Below are positions 41,330 to 45,482 of a stretch of 45,482 nt of DNA, piece after piece. Numbering within the stretch: position 1 is the first letter of the stretch; every line of letters begins with the position of its first letter. A program made the position numbers and the translations under genes. The stretch comes from Anaerolineae bacterium (GTDB taxonomy: Bacteria > Chloroflexota > Anaerolineae > Fen-1058). The stretch is from positions 1 to 45,482 of the forward strand of contig JBGQGR010000001.1 in NCBI GenBank assembly GCA_041497495.1. Direction: 5' to 3'. The notes under the pieces are model-generated. The model made no database searches, was not told where the DNA came from, and saw only the letters and a list, made by a program, of their open reading frames with translations.

Positions 41330-44300
41330 TTAAGCGTCATTATCTTCGCCGGCAAGACTGCCCAGCAGACCCATACTTAGTTTCGGCACACGCTGACGCT
41401 CTTCATCTTTTCCAAAGCGCATCACTTCACCTGTATCCGTGATCGCTTCAACCGCGAGCCCCAGCGATTGCATTTCTTTCACCAACACTCGGAAGGATGC
41501 AGGAATCCCCGGCTCTTCAATCTTCTCACCCTTCACGATCGATTCGTAAGTCTTGACGCGGCCTTGCACATCATCCGACTTAACGGTGAGCATTTCTTGC
41601 AAGGTATGAGCCGCACCATAGGCTTCGAGCGCCCACACTTCCATTTCACCGAAGCGTTGACCACCGAATTGAGCCTTGCCACCTAATGGCTGCTGAGTAA
41701 CCAATGAGTATGGGCCAGTCGATCGGGCGTGCACCTTATCCTCAACCAAGTGGGCGAGTTTCATCATGGTGATAATGCCCACCGTTACAGGTTGATCGAA
41801 TTGATCGCCCGTCTTGCCATCGAACAGCGCCATCTTGCCCAACGTTGGAATCGGCTCATTGATCTCGGCACTGACTTGCTGCGCGCGTTGCATCACTTCG
41901 GCAGCCGGGGCTTTCATCATATCCACTTCATGTACTTGCAACCACAGTCGTAAACAAGCATCGATCACATCGAGATCGGCCTGCTTCTTCACGCCATGCA
42001 CGCGGCCATCATCTTCGAACGCCAGCAGGTAATCCGGATCGAAGCCTTTCTCTCGCAACCATTCGCGCAAGATCGTTCGCCGGATATACGTTTCATCGGT
42101 CGCCAGTAAATCTTCATCATAATCTTTGCCAGCCAACCAATCAGCCAAATACAAGCGGCGAACTTCATCATCATCATCCAATTCTTCGGCTTGATCCTCA
42201 ACGCCCTGCTCTTTTAACCAGGCCCAGGCATGCGCAGTGACATCCAGCCACGCCGCATCGATCAGCCAGGCGCGCGCCAGTTCGGCCTCGATCTCTTCTT
42301 CGTCCGCGCCGTCGAAGACCGGCGTAATCGCGCGGAAGCCCAACCGATCGGCCGCCCAGCCTAAATGGGTTTCAAGAATCTGCCCAATGTTCATTCGGCC
42401 TGGTACACCCAGTGGGTTCAGAATAATGTCAACCGGCGTGCCGTCTTCTAAGAATGGCATGTCTTCAATCGGCACGACCTTGGAGATAACACCTTTGTTG
42501 CCATGACGACCGGCCATCTTGTCGCCTTCGGTCAGCTTGCGCTTCTGCGCCACTGAGACGCGCACCATCTTATCCACACCCGCAGGCAGATCGCGATATT
42601 CATCGCGCGTAAAGATCTTGACATCGACAACCTTGCCGTGCTCGCCATGCGGCAAGCGCAGCGAAGAGTCCTTCACTTCACGCGCCTTCTCGCCGAAGAT
42701 CGCGCGCAGCAATTTCTCTTCTGGGGATAATTCTTTCTCGCCCTTCGGCGTAATCTTGCCGACGAGAATATCATTCGGGCCAACTTCGGCACCAACGCGG
42801 ATGATGCCGTCCTCATCCAAATCCTTGAGCGCCTCTTCACCGACGTTGGGAATATCATGCGTGATCTCTTCCGGCCCCAGCTTGGTATCGCGCGCTTCAA
42901 CTTCATGCTTCTCAATGTGAATCGACGTGAACTTGTCTTCACGCACTAAGCGCTCACTGATCAAGATCGCGTCTTCGTAGTTGCCGCCTTCCCAAGAAAT
43001 GAAAGCACACAGCACATTTTGGCCCAATGCCAGTTGGCCGTTCTGCGTACTCGATGAATCGGCCAACACATCGCCCTTCTTAACACGTTGGCCCTTGCGC
43101 ACGATCGGGCGCTGATCAATACAAGTGCTTTGATTGCTGCGGTTAAACTTCCGCAGCTTGTAGATCTTCTTGCCCTTCTTGGTCTGCACTTCGACCTGCT
43201 TGCCGGTCACGCTGATCACTTCACCGTCTTCTTCGGCGGTGACGACTTGGCCGGAGTCAACCGCAGCCTGCCACTCCATACCAGTCGCAACCAGCGGCAC
43301 TTCCGGCATCAACAACGGGACAGCTTGAGCTTGCATGTTCGAGCCCATCAACGCGCGGTTCGCATCGTCGTGTTCAAGGAACGGAATCAACGCCGCCGAG
43401 ATACCGACGATCTGGCGCGGCGCAATATCCATATAGTCAATTCGCTCCGGCGCTTCAAAGACAAACTTCTCTGAATAGCGCGCCGAGATGCGCTGATCGA
43501 TGAAGCGCTGCTTGTCGTCAAGCGGCGCATTGGCTTGCGCGATGACGTAGCGGTCTTCAACATCCGCCGACATATATTCGATCTCATCGCCGACGTAAGG
43601 GATGATCTTGATCTCAGGCATACCGGCGGCGGCGATCTTCTTGATCAAATCGTTCGTAACTTCAACGCCCGCTAGCCCAACCGTTGCGCCTGTGCTCGAA
43701 TCGATCACATCCTGACGCAACGTCTGCCCTAGCAATTTTTCGGAGTGGCCCGGTAAAGTGCGGACCACCTTACGATAAGGCGTTTCGATAAAGCCGTATT
43801 CATTCACACGGCCATAGGTGGCCAGACGCCCGATCAATCCAATGTTCGGTCCTTCCGGTGTCTCGATCGGGCAGATGCGGCCATAGTGCGAGTGATGCAC
43901 GTCGCGGACATCGAAGCCGGCGCGTTCACGGCGCAAACCACCCGGCCCCAACGCCGATAGTGTTCGCTTGTGGCGCAATTCCGCTAACGGATTGGTTTGA
44001 TCCATAAATTGCGACAACTGCGACGATCCAAAGAACTCGCGAATCGCCGCGACAACCGGCCGGATGTTCACGAGCGCGATCGGCGTCATAGCGCCCGCCT
44101 CGCGAATGCTCATGCGCTCCTTGACGACACGCTCCATGCGGCGTAAGCCAATGCGCAGCTTATTCTGAATTAACTCGCCCACCGTCTTCACACGGCGATT
44201 GCCTAAGTGATCGATATCGTCGACGGATTCCAAGCCGTTATTAATTCGGATAATATGCTCAACGACTTTAATCAAGTCGGCTTTGGTGATCGTGCGGATT

Positions 44301-45241
44301 TGCTGATTCACACCCAAGCGCTGATTCAACTTGTAACGGCCGACGCGCTCCAAATCATAGCGGCGCCGATCGAATAACTGATCGCGCAAATAACTGCGCG
44401 CGTTATCCAATGTAGGCGGATCGCCCGGGCGCATCTTGCGATAGAATTCCAGCAAGGCCTCTTCCGCAATCGTTCGCTTATCGCGTGGTTCAAGATTGCC
44501 TTCCTGCCGGATCGTCGTCAGGATGTATTGATGATCAGGGTTGTTGTCGATATGCTCAAATAGCTGCAGGATTTCATCGTCCTGCCCGGTCTTCAATAGA
44601 TCGCTAGAAGATCCGTCATCGATAGCTGCCAATGCGCGCAGTAAGATGGTGACCGGAATGGTGCGCTTGCGATTAAACTTTAAAGTAATATAATCACTCT
44701 TGCGCGTTTCGAATTCCATCCACGCGCCGCGATCAGGAATGACCTTGGCCTGGGCCAGCACGCGGCCAGAGGAGAGATCCGGGTCGGCATCGAAATACAC
44801 GCCGGGCGATCGAATCAACTGCGATACAACGACACGCTCCGTACCGTTATAGATGAAAGTGCCATTCTCGGTCATCCATGGGAATTCGCCGAGGAAGATA
44901 TCGTTGACCACGTGCTCGTTGGTTTCTTTGTTAACCAACGCCACTTTAATGTAGAGACCGCGGGCAAAAGTGAGATCGCGCTCTAAGCATTCCTTTTGAT
45001 TGAACTTGGGCTCTTCAAACCAAAAACTCAGTCCGAACTGTTTGGCTTCAGGGCTGTCGCCGGGGAAATACAGTTTCAATGAGCCATTGAAACTATCGAT
45101 CGGTGATACTTCATCGAAGAGTTCGCGCAGGCCTTGATTAATGAACCAGTTAAAGGAGTTGAGCTGAATTTCGATGAGGTTGGGCAGTTGATGTAAATCG
45201 GGAATGCGGGCATAAGTCTTGGCGGCAAGAGTTCGAGTCAT
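41330..45241 (-). CDS. rpoB: DNA-directed RNA polymerase subunit beta (1303 aa) with a lineage-specific insertion
   Basis: Canonical blocks: RSPGVYF, GNRRV...[24 protein letters not shown]-like [85 protein letters not shown]. Confidence 0.98.
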   Translation of the reverse strand: MTRTLAAKTYARIPDLHQLPNLIEIQLNSFNWFINQGLRELFDEVSPIDSFNGSLKLYFPGDSPEAKQFGLSFWFEEPKFNQKECLERDLTFARGLYIKVALVNKETNEHVVNDIFLGEFPWMTENGTFIYNGTERVVVSQLIRSPGVYFDADPDLSSGRVLAQAKVIPDRGAWMEFETRKSDYITLKFNRKRTIPVTILLRALAAIDDGSSSDLLKTGQDDEILQLFEHIDNNPDHQYILTTIRQEGNLEPRDKRTIAEEALLEFYRKMRPGDPPTLDNARSYLRDQLFDRRRYDLERVGRYKLNQRLGVNQQIRTITKADLIKVVEHIIRINNGLESVDDIDHLGNRRVKTVGELIQNKLRIGLRRMERVVKERMSIREAGAMTPIALVNIRPVVAAIREFFGSSQLSQFMDQTNPLAELRHKRTLSALGPGGLRRERAGFDVRDVHHSHYGRICPIETPEGPNIGLIGRLATYGRVNEYGFIETPYRKVVRTLPGHSEKLLGQTLRQDVIDSSTGATVGLAGVEVTNDLIKKIAAAGMPEIKIIPYVGDEIEYMSADVEDRYVIAQANAPLDDKQRFIDQRISARYSEKFVFEAPERIDYMDIAPRQIVGISAALIPFLEHDDANRALMGSNMQAQAVPLLMPEVPLVATGMEWQAAVDSGQVVTAEEDGEVISVTGKQVEVQTKKGKKIYKLRKFNRSNQSTCIDQRPIVRKGQRVKKGDVLADSSSTQNGQLALGQNVLCAFISWEGGNYEDAILISERLVREDKFTSIHIEKHEVEARDTKLGPEEITHDIPNVGEEALKDLDEDGIIRVGAEVGPNDILVGKITPKGEKELSPEEKLLRAIFGEKAREVKDSSLRLPHGEHGKVVDVKIFTRDEYRDLPAGVDKMVRVSVAQKRKLTEGDKMAGRHGNKGVISKVVPIEDMPFLEDGTPVDIILNPLGVPGRMNIGQILETHLGWAADRLGFRAITPVFDGADEEEIEAELARAWLIDAAWLDVTAHAWAWLKEQGVEDQAEELDDDDEVRRLYLADWLAGKDYDEDLLATDETYIRRTILREWLREKGFDPDYLLAFEDDGRVHGVKKQADLDVIDACLRLWLQVHEVDMMKAPAAEVMQRAQQVSAEINEPIPTLGKMALFDGKTGDQFDQPVTVGIITMMKLAHLVEDKVHARSTGPYSLVTQQPLGGKAQFGGQRFGEMEVWALEAYGAAHTLQEMLTVKSDDVQGRVKTYESIVKGEKIEEPGIPASFRVLVKEMQSLGLAVEAITDTGEVMRFGKDEERQRVPKLSMGLLGSLAGEDNDA

Positions 45242-45280
45242 TCAGTAGCTCCTATAAGGTAATGAAGGTAGCAAACGCAA

Positions 45281-45304
45281 CTAAGGGGATAGCAATCCCC
45301 TTAG
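45281..45304 (-). other. 9-bp hairpin in the rpoB 5' leader (CTAAGGGGA-TAGCAA-TCCCCTTAG)
   Basis: Perfect inverted repeat about 40 nt upstream of the rpoB ATG and downstream of the predicted promoter. Confidence 0.5.
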
Positions 45305-45347
45305 TGAATAGCGTTACTTTACAGTTTTTCGCAGACAGCAAAAGAAC

Positions 45348-45376
45348 ATTCTACAACGTAATGAGGATTCTGTCAA
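45348..45376 (-). promoter_or_regulatory. Sigma-70-type promoter candidate for rpoB: TTGACA-17 nt-TAGAAT
   Basis: On the minus strand, TTGACA is at 45376..45371 and TAGAAT at 45353..45348, with a 17-nt spacer, in an AT-rich region about 105 nt upstream of the rpoB ATG. Confidence 0.6.
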
Positions 45377-45482
45377 CAAGCAAAATCGAGGTTTTTTCAA
45401 TTCGCGTTAAGTTCCGATTTACTCTGTAGTTCAAAACTATCAGACAAATTCACCCATCGCCACTTCACTTCAACAAGAGCGA

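Noticed and set aside
41828-42304. The large rpoB insertion as a possible intein.
   Set aside because: There is no Cys/Ser/Thr at the N-terminal junction, no His-Asn plus Cys/Ser/Thr at the C-terminal junction, and no Hint or endonuclease blocks. The segment is acidic and helical in character, so it is a lineage-specific insertion rather than an intein.

Overview
45.5-kb bacterial chromosomal window, about 55% GC by eye. The lineage is unassigned. The surface-protein architecture and ribosomal-protein sequences suggest a monoderm-type group such as Chloroflexota, but that is inference only.

Left ~32 kb: a cell-envelope glycan and surface-protein locus.
- Six GT-C-fold membrane glycosyltransferase paralogs. 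Three are GT39/PMT_2-like plus one shorter GT39-like, and two are YfhO/PTPS-related-like. Five are about 1,050-1,100 aa, and all carry repeated extracytoplasmic C-terminal modules.
- A flippase-like (LPG_synthase_TM family) protein and an alkaline-phosphatase/NPP-family protein.
- A minus-strand operon of four signal-peptide proteins, built from CBM-like jelly-roll, LysM and SdrD-B-like domains plus a C-terminal membrane anchor.
- A plus-strand operon: two GT4 glycosyltransferases, a small membrane protein, a WbaP-type polyprenyl-phosphate sugar-phosphate transferase, and a 10-repeat HEAT-like helical protein.

Right ~13.5 kb, all on the minus strand: rpoB (own promoter, no rpoC after it), then rpsL-rpsG-fusA-tuf-rpmG, a low-GC LAGLIDADG-like ORF, then tRNA-Trp-secE-nusG-rplK-rplA-rplJ-rplL, ending in a bidirectional terminator.

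Sequence-level signals:
- Very strong over-representation of the palindrome CGATCG (HIP-like).
- Families of tandem heptanucleotide (STRR-like) arrays upstream of, and even inside, genes.
- A nested-palindrome REP/MITE-like element in three copies.
- A CTCACCCC...CCCCTCTCC/GGAGAGGGG hairpin element, present once in-frame inside a gene.

Other oddities: the EF-G P-loop reads GN instead of GK, rpoB has a 159-residue acidic segment, and S12 has an insertion.

No CRISPR array, transposase, integrase or recognisable defence gene was seen. All product calls come from motif recognition without database searches.
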